63,857 bases of DNA, filler included, from Octopus bimaculoides (GCF_001194135.2; 10 parts of 9 records of this genome joined end to end with filler, not necessarily neighbours in it), one strand, 5' to 3'. Positions 38,202-50,424 are shown, numbered from the whole stretch's first letter. The notes: a model not told the origin generated them from the sequence alone. Program-made: numbers and translations.

Positions 38202-38979
38202 CATATATATATATGTATATGAATATATATGCATAACAAATATGTAAGTATGTATATGTATATTTGCATATATAAAACATTTACATATATTTTTTCGTGC
38301 GTGTGTATATAAATGTGTGTGCATGTAAGTGTGGGTGTGTGTATGAATGTACGCATGCATGTATTTATATATGCATGAATGTATGTATGCATGCATGTAT
38401 GTGTGTGTATGTTTATGTGTATGTGTGTGTGTATATGTGACTGAGTGCATTCACGTATACATTTATGCATGTAATTTTGTATTAGGGAAAATGCGAATCG
38501 TTTCCATAAACTTTTGTATTCGTGAAAACGTTTTCTTTTTTTTTTTTTTGCCAAATCTGTATAAAACTTTTTTTGCAATGAAGATATATGGCAAACGAGG
38601 AAAAAAATAAATAGATAGTATACTGAAGTTTTGGTAACATGTCCCAGCTATACCACTTCAGTCACTCCAAAATGCGAAGTAGTTCAAGTCTCCAAAACTT
38701 TCAAGCACAAGTATTTGGAATAAATGCTTATCAAAAACTCATGATCTGTGCGTTTAATAGTTTAAGTGCATGTATGCATAAATATGTATCTATGTACATT
38801 TATATACATTACGTATGTGTTTACACGCACGCCCCCCCCCCACACAAATCAAATATGTATGCGTCTATGTATATGTTCNNNNNNNNNNAGTGATTGGACA
38901 AACGGAAGAACATGGCATTCAAAATATTTAGTAGGAACTACCTATATTATTTGTTTTAAAGAAGCCTGGGTTATAAAAA

Positions 38980-39267
38980 CATTAGTCAAACCCAAAGACC
39001 TTTCATTATGTGAAAGAAACAGCGTCAGTACGCTGCACGATAGGACCCCTCTTCCAAAAGGATGTCTCCCTCACAGATAGTCCAACCAGGATCAGTGAGG
39101 TACTGAATGACCAGCTCAAAAGTGTCTTTACCACTTCGTTGGAACACAGACAAGTGAACGAACCAGTGGGTTTCTTAGCAGCCTCACCTATAACCAGCGA
39201 GGCTGTCGCGATGGATTACATCGACTTTAGCGAAAAAAATATACTACTAGCCATAGATGAGGTCTAA
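38980..39267 (+). mobile_element. CR1/L2-group LINE fragment (region upstream of RT)
   Basis: PKTFHYVKETASVRCTIGPLFQKDVSLTDSPTRISEVLNDQLKSVFT matches the NPKxFWxYV...IGPL...AExLNxxFxSVFT pattern. Confidence 0.7.
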
Positions 39268-39321
39268 CTTTGTCTCCTTGTTGTGGTCTTTATGTTGAAT
39301 CCTTATATATATATATATATA

Positions 39322-39509
39322 AGTCCAACAGCTGTTTCTTGGAGTTCAGAGATGTATCATGATGTTAGTAGATGTAGTTCAAAATGATTCACCCATTTTC
39401 TACGCCGTGGAACAGATCTCCTGTAAAGACCTCGGAGTCTAAGTTTGTGTCTTTTGAGCGCTACTAATTGTCTTCTATACTGAAAATCTCTAAATCTCAT
39501 CTGTGGACT
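39322..39509 (-). ncRNA. Degenerate type-I hammerhead ribozyme with ~155-nt stem II domain
   Basis: AGTCCA-CAGATGA-GATTTAGAGAT...ATCTCTGAACTCCAA-GAAAC-AGCTGT-TGGACT: complementary stem I (AGTCCA/TGGACT), 9-bp stem II helix, palindromic ACAGCTGT stem III; core has U4A. Confidence 0.55.
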
Positions 39510-40261
39510 GCATACATACATACACACATACATACATACATTCATTCATACATGCATACATACATGCATATATGTATACATATNNNNNNNNNNNNNNNNN
39601 NNNNNNNNNNNNNNNNNNNNNNNNNNNNNNNNNNNNNNNNNNNNNNNNNNNNNNNNNNNNNNNNNNNNNNNNNNNNNNNNNNNNNNNNNNNNNNNNNNNN
39701 NNNNNNNNNNNNNNNNNNNNNNNNNNNNNNNNNNNNNNNNNNNNNNNNNNNNNNNNNNNNNNNNNNNNNNNNNNNNNNNNNNNNNNNNNNNNNNNNNNNN
39801 NNNNNNNNNNNNNNNNNNNNNNNNNNNNNNNNNNNNNNNNNNNNNNNNNNNNNNNNNNNNNNNNNNNNNNNNNNNNNNNNNNNNNNNNNNNNNNNNNNNN
39901 NNNNNNNNNNNNNNNNNNNNNNNNNNNNNNNNNNNNNNNNNNNNNNNNNNNNNNNNNNNNNNNNNNNNNNNNNNNNNNNNNNNNNNNNNNNNNNNNNNNN
40001 NNNNNNNNNNNNNNNNNNNNNNNNNNNNNNNNNNNNNNNNNNNNNNNNNNNNNNNNNNNNNNNNNNNNNNNNNNNNNNNNNNNNNNNNNNNNNNNNNNNN
40101 NNNNNNNNNNNNNNNNNNNNNNNNNNNNNNNNNNNNNNNNNNNNNNNNNNNNNNNNNNNNNNNNNNNNNNNNNNNNNNNNNNNNNNNNNNNNNNNNNNNN
40201 NNNNNNNNNNNNNNNNNNNNNNNNNNNNNNNNNNNNNNNNNNNNNNNNNNNNNNNNNNNNT

Positions 40262-40300
<39 letters not shown>

Positions 40301-40723
40301 AATACACACGCATACATGCATATACATAACAGAGAATCACTCTGTGGTCAGGTAGCCGAGTCCATTTGAGAAGCCTGTTTTGATAGCCACACGTTTCTAT
40401 GAATCCGTATTTACCACTAGTAATTTACATATAAATCTATGTATGTATATTTTGAACTAGATACGTTTAGGATTTAACCGGCAATATATTACCCATTTTA
40501 CTGTTCATAAAAACTTGTATTCGAAAACCTCTTGTTTTTGCAGGACTTTATATCTTAGGTCTATTATGAGTAATCCTCGAGAGTTAATGCAGTTGATACA
40601 GTGTTATTGCTTGAGATGTGGTTTGCCTGGCTTCTATATCTACTGTATATAGATTTTAGCATTGAACGTCCTCTAATATAACATCGTGAACAGAACGTGA
40701 ATATGGTAAATAGTTCATCTATC

Positions 40724-40794
<71 letters not shown>

Positions 40795-40980
40795 TTAGCT
40801 ATTGTATTTGTCCCTTCTGTGTGCAGCCCTGTGTGGCTAATAAAAGAAAGATATCTATCTATCTATATATATATCTATCTATACATCTATCTATCAATTT
40901 GTCTGTATGTCTGTCTGTCTACCTAAGTATCTATCTATTTATCTATCAATCCATCCATCCATCCATCCATCCATCCATCC

Positions 40981-41014
<34 letters not shown>

Positions 41015-41643
41015 TTATATGTCTGTATGTCTATATATTTATAAGTGTACATATACATGTTATTATGTAGATATACATGCATATATGTGTCTGAATGTTT
41101 ATGAATATCTAGCTACCAATACACACATGTGTATATGTACACATACACACACACGCACACACACACACATACACATATATATAGACATCTGAATGTACAC
41201 ATATAAAACTGTGTGTTCATATGTCTGTGACTAACTTCACTATAAACACAGCGATCCCACGATGATTGATAATGTTGCTGAGGTTGAGATTAACGATTAA
41301 ACAATCAAGCTCTGTTTAGTGAGAGGGACAATGGTTATTTGTCCTAATTTATGAAGAGGCCTTGTATATAAACACAGCAGCTTATGGTGCATTCTACTTC
41401 TCATACCGAAGTTGTGGAACAGCATTTACAGCGATTACCCACATCCACACGCGCATACATAGAAGCACCTGCATTAATACAATGGCAACGCGCACACCAA
41501 CGTACATATATTCACAACCGCAACTCGCACATGTGCAAATATATAAACAGGCGCAATACACACGAGCGCACGCGCACACACAACCTCCCCCTCACACACA
41601 CACAGACACATAGACACGCACACACAGATTTCGGTTAAACAAG

Positions 41644-41835
41644 TACGAGAGGGTGCTGAAAAGTTCCTGGCTTTATGAGCATCGCGAAAGGCCTCACTGG
41701 AGGCCCACATATTCGATTACTTTTACAGGACTTAGAGAAACTTCAGGGCGGCCACAATAAATGTGTGAATCTGAGAGTGGAATATGTAGAATATAAATAT
41801 ATTTTACAGATCCTCTTGCATTTTCTTCTACAGAA
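41644..41835 (+). mobile_element. Mariner-derived MITE (same family as 3957), right TIR truncated
   Basis: TA-cgagagggtgctgaaaagttcctggcttt left end; internal NKCVNLRVEYVE remnant. Confidence 0.75.
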
Positions 41836-42795
41836 CGCTAGAAATGTTTAGGCACACCTACGTATGTACACATGCGTGTGTATATATAATTTATACAAGT
41901 GTGTGTATGTACATGAGTGTGGGCGCGCGTGCGTGTGCATGTATGCATGTCAGTTTGTATACATGTGTGTGTGTGCTCATAAACGACATAGATATGCGCA
42001 GACTTGTATAAATGTACGCTGCCATACACGTACACACATATTTATAGATATGTACATGTGTATATATAATATGTACATATATATGTTGTATATATGTATA
42101 CATTTATATATATATATATATATATNNNNNNNNNNNNNNNNNNNNNNNNNNNNNNNNNNNNNNNNNNNNNNNNNNNNNNNNNNNNNNNNNNNNNNNNNNN
42201 NNNNNNNNNNNNNNNNNNNNNNNNNNNNNNNNNNNNNNNNNNNNNNNNNNNNNNNNNNNNNNNNNNNNNNNNNNNNNNNNNNNNNNNNNNNNNNNNNNNN
42301 NNNNNNNNNNNNNNNNNNNNNNNNNNNNNNNNNNNNNNNNNNNNNNNNNNNNNNNNNNNNNNNNNNNNNNNNNNNNNNNNNNNNNNNNNNNNNNNNNNNN
42401 NNNNNNNNNNNNNNNNNNNNNNNNNNNNNNNNNNNNNNNNNNNNNNNNNNNNNNNNNNNNNNNNNNNNNNNNNNNNNNNNNNNNNNNNNNNNNNNNNNNN
42501 NNNNNNNNNNNNNNNNNNNNNNNNNNNNNNNNNNNNNNNNNNNNNNNNNNNNNNNNNNNNNNNNNNNNNNNNNNNNNNNNNNNNNNNNNNNNNNNNNNNN
42601 NNNNNNNNNNNNNNNNNNNNNNNNNNNNNNNNNNNNNNNNNNNNNNNNNNNNNNNNNNNNNNNNATGTATATATATATATACATACATGCATGTGTATAT
42701 ATACACGCATATGCATATATATATATACGTATGTATATGTATATCTATCTATGTATCTGTCTGTGTATCTATATATCTATATATCTACCTACCTA

Positions 42796-42837
<42 letters not shown>

Positions 42838-42959
42838 TATATATATGTGTGTAACTGAAAAAAGCAAAATCACTTCCTCAGAGAAAATTGACTGGCATTT
42901 TTCACAACCTAACGAATACGGAGTTTATTCCGATTGAATTATAAAATGACCGTCTAGGA

Positions 42960-43295
42960 CACCGTTCTAAAAATAGCTAGATATTGCTTTTGAATTTACT
43001 GAACACGGTATAGATATAATTCAGAAAAACTAGGTCGTGTTACTATTTTCTCTTTTGGTAGTGTCGATAAACCGTTTACAATCTAGCAACTACCCTTCAA
43101 CCTTTTCAGTATGCCCATAACACATTCGTCTACGTCCTTATTCGGCCCTTTTGGCCAACTTTATGGACTATTTATTGCAATTGAATTGTTACATGTGCGT
43201 CTTGGATTCTGTCTTAAAAGTAGCTAGAGTTTGCTTTTGGTCTTACTGGACAAGGATAGGTATAGTTTAGAAGAACTAGGTCATGTTACTACATG
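42960..43295. repeat. Diverged direct duplication, ~246-bp period
   Basis: aaaatagctagatattgctttt and agaaaaactaggtcgtgttact (42971, 43023) recur as aaaagtagctagagtttgctttt and agaagaactaggtcatgttact (43216, 43269). Confidence 0.55.
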
Positions 43296-43403
43296 CTATG
43301 TTTGATATTGTAATTAATAGTAATTAATATAAATTTTACAAACAATAAGTAAAGAACAGTGTTGATATAAAATAAATAAATGAAAGTAACAATTGGGTAC
43401 ATG

Positions 43404-43824
43404 CTCTTTTACTCTTTTACTCTTTTACTTGTTTCAGTTATTTGAATGCGGCCATGCTGGAGCACCGCCTTTAGTTGAGCAAATCGACCCCAGGACTTAT
43501 TCTTTGGAAGCCTAGTACTTATTCTATCGGTCTCTTTTGCCGAACCGCTAAGTTACGGGGACGTAAACACACCACTATCGGTTGTCAAGCGATGTTGGGG
43601 GACAAACGCAGACACACAAACATTCACACACACATACATACATATATATATATATATACATATATACGACGGGCTTCTTTCAGTTTCCGTCTACCAAATC
43701 TACTCACAAGGCTTTGGTCGGCCTGAGGCTATAGTAGAAGACACTTTCCCAGGGTGCCACGCAGTGGGAATGAACCCGGAACCATGTGGTTGGTAAGCAA
43801 GCTACTTACCACACAGCCACTCCT
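43404..43824 (-). mobile_element. Full-length CORE-type tRNA-derived SINE (family A, OR-like)
   Basis: Head aggagtggctgtgtggtaag (A box), ggttccgggttcattccc (B box), CORE ggcaccctgggaaagtgtctt, central microsatellite, (GAGTAAAA)n tail. Confidence 0.9.
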
Positions 43825-44514
43825 ATAGATTTATTTTATCAATAATAAGAGCATAGAGAAATATGTTATGGACATGTGGAATAGTATGAATAGTAGAGGG
43901 AGGTTTGTAAGCCTAAATAGTTAATAAATTTGGCCAAGAGGGCGGAATAAGGACGTAGAATCGGAATAAACTGTCCATCCGTTAGGATGTGCAAAACAGC
44001 AGTGAATTTGCCCGGAGGAGGATTTTGGCATGTTTCAAGTTCATAATGCACTTTAAATGTGTAAATATAGATAGGAGCAATTCAAGCGAAACACAGCGTT
44101 GGCAATATGAATGAACTCATTAATTCGACTGAATTATGATGATAATATATGAATTAATGATTCTGTGTATATTCTCCGTTTACTTTTGTAAAATATATTT
44201 GTTATAGATGTACATGTGTGTGTGTGTGTGTGTGTGTGACATTATTTTTTAATCGCGTCCCTGCTATTTTTCTTACGGTTACCTTTGACTAATTTTTTTC
44301 TCCTACTTTTTGCTTTATATTTCCGTTTCTCATCTTCTGTTGATACATCATTTCCTCAAGAGTCGATAAATATTTTATTAGTCATCGTTCACTACTTACT
44401 CTGTTTATACTCGTTGTTTATATTTTTGGCTCTTCATTTTTGAATACGTACTTTGTTCCTGATTATTGTTGTTCATTTATAGTCATTCACCTATGTTCAT
44501 GACTTCATAGACTG

Positions 44515-44620
44515 TCAGACAATTCTGACGGTGAAATGGATAATTTTGACGGTGAAAAGGACAAGTTTGACGTGAAATAGAAAATTTTGATGATGAAAAG
44601 TACAATTTTAGCGTTGAAAG
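44515..44620. repeat. 21-bp minisatellite, ~5 diverged units
   Basis: aatt(c/t)tgacggtgaaa(t/a)gga(t/c) repeated. Confidence 0.65.
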
Positions 44621-44944
44621 GCATACACTTTTGTAATTTGCCTGTAGTCTGTTATTATGAAAGTTGATAGAGGTCTGGGAACGCCTTAGATGGAAATTTA
44701 TCCCGGTTCGAAACGCAATTGGAATTCATGATTTTGCATAAGGCTTAAATAATCGTCTCTATAGACGTTTCTATACAAGTATTTCCTAATCTGAAGAGGA
44801 ATTTTACACACGCACTTGCTTTTCTAAACTCGTCATTGCTTTTCCTGTTACCAGCAAACTATTTTTATTCCAGCGTGTGACAATGGGTAGCTAATTGAAT
44901 TGATATTGTTGGGGAGTATTATTATATTCAAGATTGGGAGAGGG

Positions 44945-45110
44945 GCTGACAAAATCGTTAGCACATTGGACAAAAGTGCTTAATAGCATTTCGTCCGTCT
45001 TTATGCCCTGTCTTCAATTCCACTGAGGTCAACATTGCTTTTAGTCCTTTCGGAGACGATGAAATAACTGTTGAGCACGGGTGTCACTGTAATCAACGCC
45101 CCCACCCCCT
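44945..45110 (+). mobile_element. Decayed SINE family B
   Basis: aaaatcgttagcacattggacaaaagtgcttaatagcatttcgtccgtct...cactgaggtcaacattgctttt. Confidence 0.6.
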
Positions 45111-45275
45111 TACCAAACTCGCTGGCGTTGTCGAAAATTTGAAACCTATATTATATATGTAAGCTTAAAGCGGTGACCAGGCAGAATCATTACCACATAA
45201 GACAAAGTGCTTAATTACATTTCGTCCGTCTATATGCCGTGAGTTGACGGCGACCTGGCGTCTATATGCCGTAAT

Positions 45276-45506
45276 GGCGGCGAGCTGGCAGAAACGTTAG
45301 CGCACAGGGCGAAATGCTTAGCGGTATTTCGCCTGCCGTTACGTTCTGAGTTCAAATTTCGCCGAGGTCGACTTTGCCTTTCATTCTTTCGGGGTCGATA
45401 AATAAAGTACCAGTTACGCACTGGGGCTGATGTAATTGACTTAATCCCTTTGTCTGTCCTTGTTTGTCCCCTCTATGTTTAGCCCCTTGTGGCCAATAAA
45501 GAAATA
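45276..45506 (+). mobile_element. Full-length young tRNA-derived SINE family B (OK/Meta-domain-like)
   Basis: ggcggcgagctggcagaaacgttagcgc (A-box region), gttctgagttcaaatt (B box), gaggtcgactttgcctttcat..gtcgataaataaagtacc central domain, aataaagaaat tail. Confidence 0.9.
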
Positions 45507-45671
45507 TATATGCCATGAGTTCAAATTCAGCCGAAGTTGACNNNNNNNNNNNNNNNNNNNNNNNNNNNNNNNNNNNNNNNNNNNNTTAATTAATTAANNN
45601 NNNNNNNNNNNNNNNNNNNNNNNNNNNNNNNNNNNNNNNNNTTATATTAAGTGCTTAATACATTTAATATA

Positions 45672-45908
45672 TTAGGGTGGTAAGCTGGAAGAATCGTTAG
45701 CACGTAGAACGAACTACCCTGTGGTATTTCGTCTGCCATTACGTTCTGAGTTCAAATTCCACCGAGGTCGACTTTGCCTTTCATCCTTTCGAGGTTGATT
45801 AAAAAAGTACCAGTTACACATTGGGGTCGATGTAATCGACTTAATCCCTTTGTCTTTTCTTGTTTGTCCCCTCTATGTTTTGCCCCCTGTGGGCAATAAA
45901 GAAATAAA
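45672..45908 (+). mobile_element. Full-length SINE family B
   Basis: Colinear with 45276-45506 over its whole length. Confidence 0.85.
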
Positions 45909-45910
45909 TA

Positions 45911-47915
45911 TCTATATATATATATAAAAAGGAGAATGTATGTCTGTGTGAATCCCTAAAACTCCAGAACTACACAACCAATTTCATTCCAATTTTACAC
46001 ATGCCTTACTTAGGGTTCCGGTTGTGTTGTAGTCAAAAACGTTTTTAACTTCTTGCATAGTTCGAGCCCACAGCAACATAATATCTCCTCCACTATTTAA
46101 GTATTGACGACTGACATGCGTGAAGTGCGGGTTGGCCAGTGTCAACACACACACACATCTACACATACATTTACATACCTGACGACTTGATTTTTATTAA
46201 CCACACAGGGTCGAAACACAGAGGGGACAGCACAAGGACAGACAAAGCACAAAAGTAGGGAAAAAAATAAAATCGAATGAAAAGAATGGTAATGATAAAT
46301 GAAAAGGTGGAATGACGTCTACTGGAACCCCAAACTCCAGTTAACGTCATTTAACGTTTTTAGAAAAAAAATTTAACACGTGTTATTTTATTTTTGTCTC
46401 TTTCTCTTTCTCATGCGTGAAGTGCTGTCTGGCCAGTGTCAATACGAAATTTTATTTTCATTTCCTTTAAAACGATACACATTTACTGTTCTATTACGAG
46501 TTAATAATTATTGCAGCAGTTGCAAGGTAAAATATAAAATTCTTTGTCTCTCTGTAATAATTATTGTGGTATTTACCGTTAAATTAGCAGTTCCAAACAT
46601 GTGCTATTTCGTTCATTTGCTTATATTTCGTTAATTTACACTGCATACAAAAATACGGACATACTATATACATACAACTGCTTACAAAAATAGAGATTAA
46701 TGTATTGGGTTGTCCGGAAAGTTCGTGCCGATTTATAATAGCTTACCTTTCGACATACTTGCCATGAAACCACCTCAATTCTGGGAAGAGGTTATTTTCA
46801 AGTTAAAGGAGAGATGGAGATGCATTGTGTAACAAAATGGTTCATATTTGGTTGATTATAAATATANNNNNNNNNNNNNNNNNNNNNNNNNNNNNNNNNN
46901 NNNNNNNNNNNNNNNNNNNNNNNNNNNNNNNNNNNNNNNNNNNNNNNNNNNNNNNNNNNNNNNNNNNNNNNNNNNNNNNNNNNNNNNNNNNNNNNNNNNN
47001 NNNNNNNNNNNNNNNNNNNNNNNNNNNNNNNNNNNNNNNNNNNNNNNNNNNNNNNNNNNNNNNNNNNNNNNNNNNNNNNNNNNNNNNNNNNNNNNNNNNN
47101 NNNNNNNNNNNNNNNNNNNNNNNNNNNNNNNNNNNNNNNNNNNNNNNNNNNNNNNNNNNNNNNNNNCAAGAGAGAAAGGAGATGAGATTTTCCCAAGATC
47201 AGCTAAGGCATGCTGCAATACTTAATGCTGAGTCATTAGAACAACGTTTAGCACGCTATATTAAACAGATGTCCAATACAATATAGCTCTCAGAAATAGA
47301 CCACAGGCAAATTCGTTCTTCACACACCAGGAGTTGCTTTCAGACATGATCCATCCCAGCCTTATAAAAATGATAATTCTGTACAAATTGGTGTGCTACA
47401 AATTGTCTTTTCTGCAAAGCTTTCAAATTTCCAAATGAAACTAGTGGCATGTGCTGCTCAGGCGGTAAGGTAAGAATACCAGCACTACCAGCTCCTCCTC
47501 GACGTCTTTCGACAGTTCACTTCCCCGTCACCGTCTCCCATTAAAGCCCATTCCCAGAATGTACCCATTTACGTACAATATCTCCATTACACCTCAATTC
47601 ATTTGACTGTTAACCATAAGATGGGTCGTGTTACACACAGCGCTGAACGCCTCAAAGGCGAGTATATCCACTGACAGCTTTTCAGTGGGTTCAAAAATTA
47701 CACCCCCCACGCCAGTTTTCCACGCTAGGTTAGGGCATGGAATCCTCCAAACGGATGTATTGCATGTCGATTAGTCGAAATAGACCATCATTTACTCTAC
47801 AAATGTTTTGTCGTCAATGCTACACTTTCCCGTATCACCTGTTTCAACATAACTGTAATATATATAAACAAACTATACCATTTTAATCCCGAGCAACGCC
47901 GGGTATCTCCGCTAG
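45911..47915 (+). mobile_element. Non-autonomous Helitron with both termini, retaining the Rep N-terminal fragment
   Basis: A|TCTATATATA 5' end at 45911; 3' hairpin CCCG-AGCAACGC-CGGG (47888-47903) followed by CTAG|T (47912-47916); internal CLFCKAFKFPNETSGMCCSGGKVRIPALPAPP (47404-47499) is the Helitron N-terminal Cys motif. Confidence 0.9.
46703..46735 (+). mobile_element. Mariner-type TIR nested in the Helitron
   Basis: TA + ttgggttgtccggaaagttcgtgccgattt resembles mariner terminal repeats; the partner end is not visible (gap). Confidence 0.45.
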
Positions 47916-48743
47916 TATTTAATATGTTTGATGCATCTAATTTGTTTATCCCAATGATTGCTTCGGTATATATAGATAAGTTTATAAGTGTATATAAGTG
48001 TATAAATATATACATACATGTGTGCGTTGTGACACTTCTCAATGGCAAAAGGCTGTGTATAAGAATCAGCTTTTGTGTCCAGCAGACGTAATATCACCTG
48101 CTTCTTTTATTCAAGACATCTTCTGATTGATCAGCCATGCAATTCACAATTGCAACGAGAAGAATAAACTGTGAAGTGAATCACCAGCTGTTCTCTCATA
48201 CACACATACATATACATACATACATATGTTTGTATCCATGTATAAACATGTGTGTGGCAAGTATGTATGTATTATGCATGTATGTGTGTGTATGTATGTT
48301 CTGACCTTGTGAAGAGGAGCATATGTTCAGCAGACATATCATCAGCTGCTCCTATTCACGAGACAGTCTGATTCATCTCACTTGAAAATCATGTTTCTAA
48401 TTATGAAATATATCACCAGCAGTGTGTGTGTGTGTGTGAACTTAAGTCAGTAACTGGCTCCAAGACATGTGACTTCTTAACTCAAAAATATAACATAACA
48501 TGGAAAATCAATTTTAAAAATTTATTATATCTGTTTAAATAAATGATTTGTTAATATTTTCACGTTTTCTTTGATCTTTCCTCTTCAGTATTGTTTTTTT
48601 TTTTTGAGGGTTTAAAAAAATATTTTTATGTTTTTACATATGTNNNNNNNNNNNNNNNNNNNNNNNNNNNNNNNNNNNNNNNNNNNNTTAATTAATTAAN
48701 NNNNNNNNNNNNNNNNNNNNNNNNNNNNNNNNNNNNNNNNNNN

Positions 48744-49125
48744 ACTTGTCTCTAAGTCTCTGTCCATTTGCAGGGTCTTTAAGCTTCCACACCCTTCTCC
48801 TCCAAGCCGGTCTAATTCTGGGCACCCATTTTGCCTTGATCCCAAAGTCGCTAACTACTAATCTATGTTGTGGGGTACATTCTTCGCCAGGGTAGGTTTT
48901 GGCATTTATAAGCCGCCCTCTTTCCCTATTTCTGGCGAGGATGTAGTCGATTTGGCTAGTGTCTGCCGGAGTGGTAGGTGACTAGGTGACTGGCAGGTTT
49001 CCTGAAGTTGGTATTGCAGACCATAAGATCGGTTGCATCACAGAACTCCAGCAGTCTGGTTCCCTCCTTGTTGTGGGAACCGAAGCCATAGCCTCCATGT
49101 ATGCCATGGAAGCCTCTGCAAGATT
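48744..49125 (-). mobile_element. RTE LINE apurinic endonuclease fragment
   Basis: GFHGIHGGYGFGSHNKEGTRLLEFCDATDLMVCNTNFRKPASHLVTYHSG followed by frameshifted QIDYIL..HRLV motifs. Confidence 0.9.
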
Positions 49126-49158
49126 CTTGATGTGAAATTGTGAGTTGAAACAGATACA

Positions 49159-49480
49159 GTTGTATTTGGGGATGGTCATGTTGCCAGTTTAGCCAATAAA
49201 AACACACGCACTATATATTTGGTGTTAATTTGCTTCAGCTTTATATTACATTAATCGTATTTCAGCCAGAGTTCTTTCGTCATACTTCTGATCATTAGTA
49301 AGGAGGTACACACAAATAAGAATAAAGAAAGCAAAGGACCACTGATGAGGTCACAGAAGTGTGACGAAAGAACTCTGGCCAAAATACGATTAATGTGATA
49401 TAAAGCTGAAGCAAATTAACATCAAATATATAGTGCATGTGTTTTTATTGGCTAAACTGGCAACATGACCATCCCCAAAT

Positions 49481-49485
<5 letters not shown>
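49159..49485. repeat. Long inverted repeat (~140-bp arms, ~95% identical, ~43-bp spacer) carrying hammerhead motifs at the inner ends
   Basis: 49159-49298 is the reverse complement of 49342-49485 with 6 substitutions over the outer ~130 bp, then an indel in the ribozyme part. Confidence 0.93.
49336..49380 (+). ncRNA. Type-I hammerhead ribozyme with intact catalytic core
   Basis: GGACCA-CTGATGA-G-GTCACA-GAAG-TGTGAC-GAAA-G-AA-C-TC^TGGCC: CUGAUGA and GAAA cores, 6-bp stem II with tetraloop, minimal stem III, CUC triplet (cleavage after 49375), stem I CCA/UGG plus GG/CC. Confidence 0.75.
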
Positions 49486-49522
<37 letters not shown>

Positions 49523-50362
49523 TTTAACATTGGAACCCAAAGTATTTCTCTCTCTTGAGGCAAAATAGTAAACTCCAAAACTTAAACAGATTAAAAATTA
49601 AAAGCAGACAGTGAAAAGTTAGTCTGATCTTTAACATGCAGATAGCTTTGGATATGTTTCAATTTTATTAAATCTCCTCAATGAGTGGAATATATACTTC
49701 AACATGTACTTGAATGTCAATATTTTAAACTATATAATCACTGCCTAGAAAAAAAAGTAAACAAATTCTCAAAATCATTCTATGATCTGATGTTAGACTA
49801 GATTTTACTGATGAGGACTAATAATGTGAAAACATATTCAGAGTTATCAACATACAAACCAAAGATCAGTCATATTCCCCTACTTCGTGACGCCATTTAA
49901 TTTTCAAACGATTTGTAGTTCAGCGTCCTCTCCCTTGCTTTTTCTGACAAAAACTGCCATTAACACCATCCACAAAGATTTAACTTCAATGGAATAAAAT
50001 TATCTTTGGGGTTGTTTTTGATTAAATAATTCACCAACACTTAAAGGAATGACTGCTTGGACAACAGCAAAAACCATTCCATATTCAGTCAAATGACGAG
50101 TAACAAGAAAGTTTGAACCGAACCAAACCAAGCTACAACCATTGTGTAGTACTTCATTTCACACAACTCCCATCATTGATAAGATATATTTTGATGGCTT
50201 CAGTTTGCATTAGTTGAAAATAAGAGCAGCAGAAGACATAATGGAAACTGAGCAAACATCTACTCAAACAAAACACACACACACATCTCCATAACTTTAA
50301 TTCATTAACAGATATAGAAAAAAAGATACAAAATAAAAGGATTATAGGTATTTAAGTCTTAC

Positions 50363-50424
50363 TTGGGTTTCTTCATGGGGTTGGAGGAATCCCGTTTGTC
50401 GGGAAAACGCTTACCACTAGACAT
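50363..50424 (-). CDS. First coding part of an unidentified gene (exon 50439-50363; MSSGKRFPDKRDSSNPMKKPK...)
   Basis: Acceptor tattatttcag| at 50440/50439, donor CCAA|GTAAGA at 50363/50362, ATG at 50424; basic NLS-like peptide; a matching upstream non-coding exon exists. Confidence 0.55.

Noticed and set aside
47560-47860. Possible captured antisense exon in the Helitron 3' module (YVETGDTGKCSIDDKTFVE*)
   Set aside because: The same stop is present in both family copies and all frames are interrupted.
49740-49765. Strong minus-strand acceptor (ttttttttctag) as next exon of the 50424 gene
   Set aside because: Splicing in the required phase gives an immediate stop (KKPKQ*).
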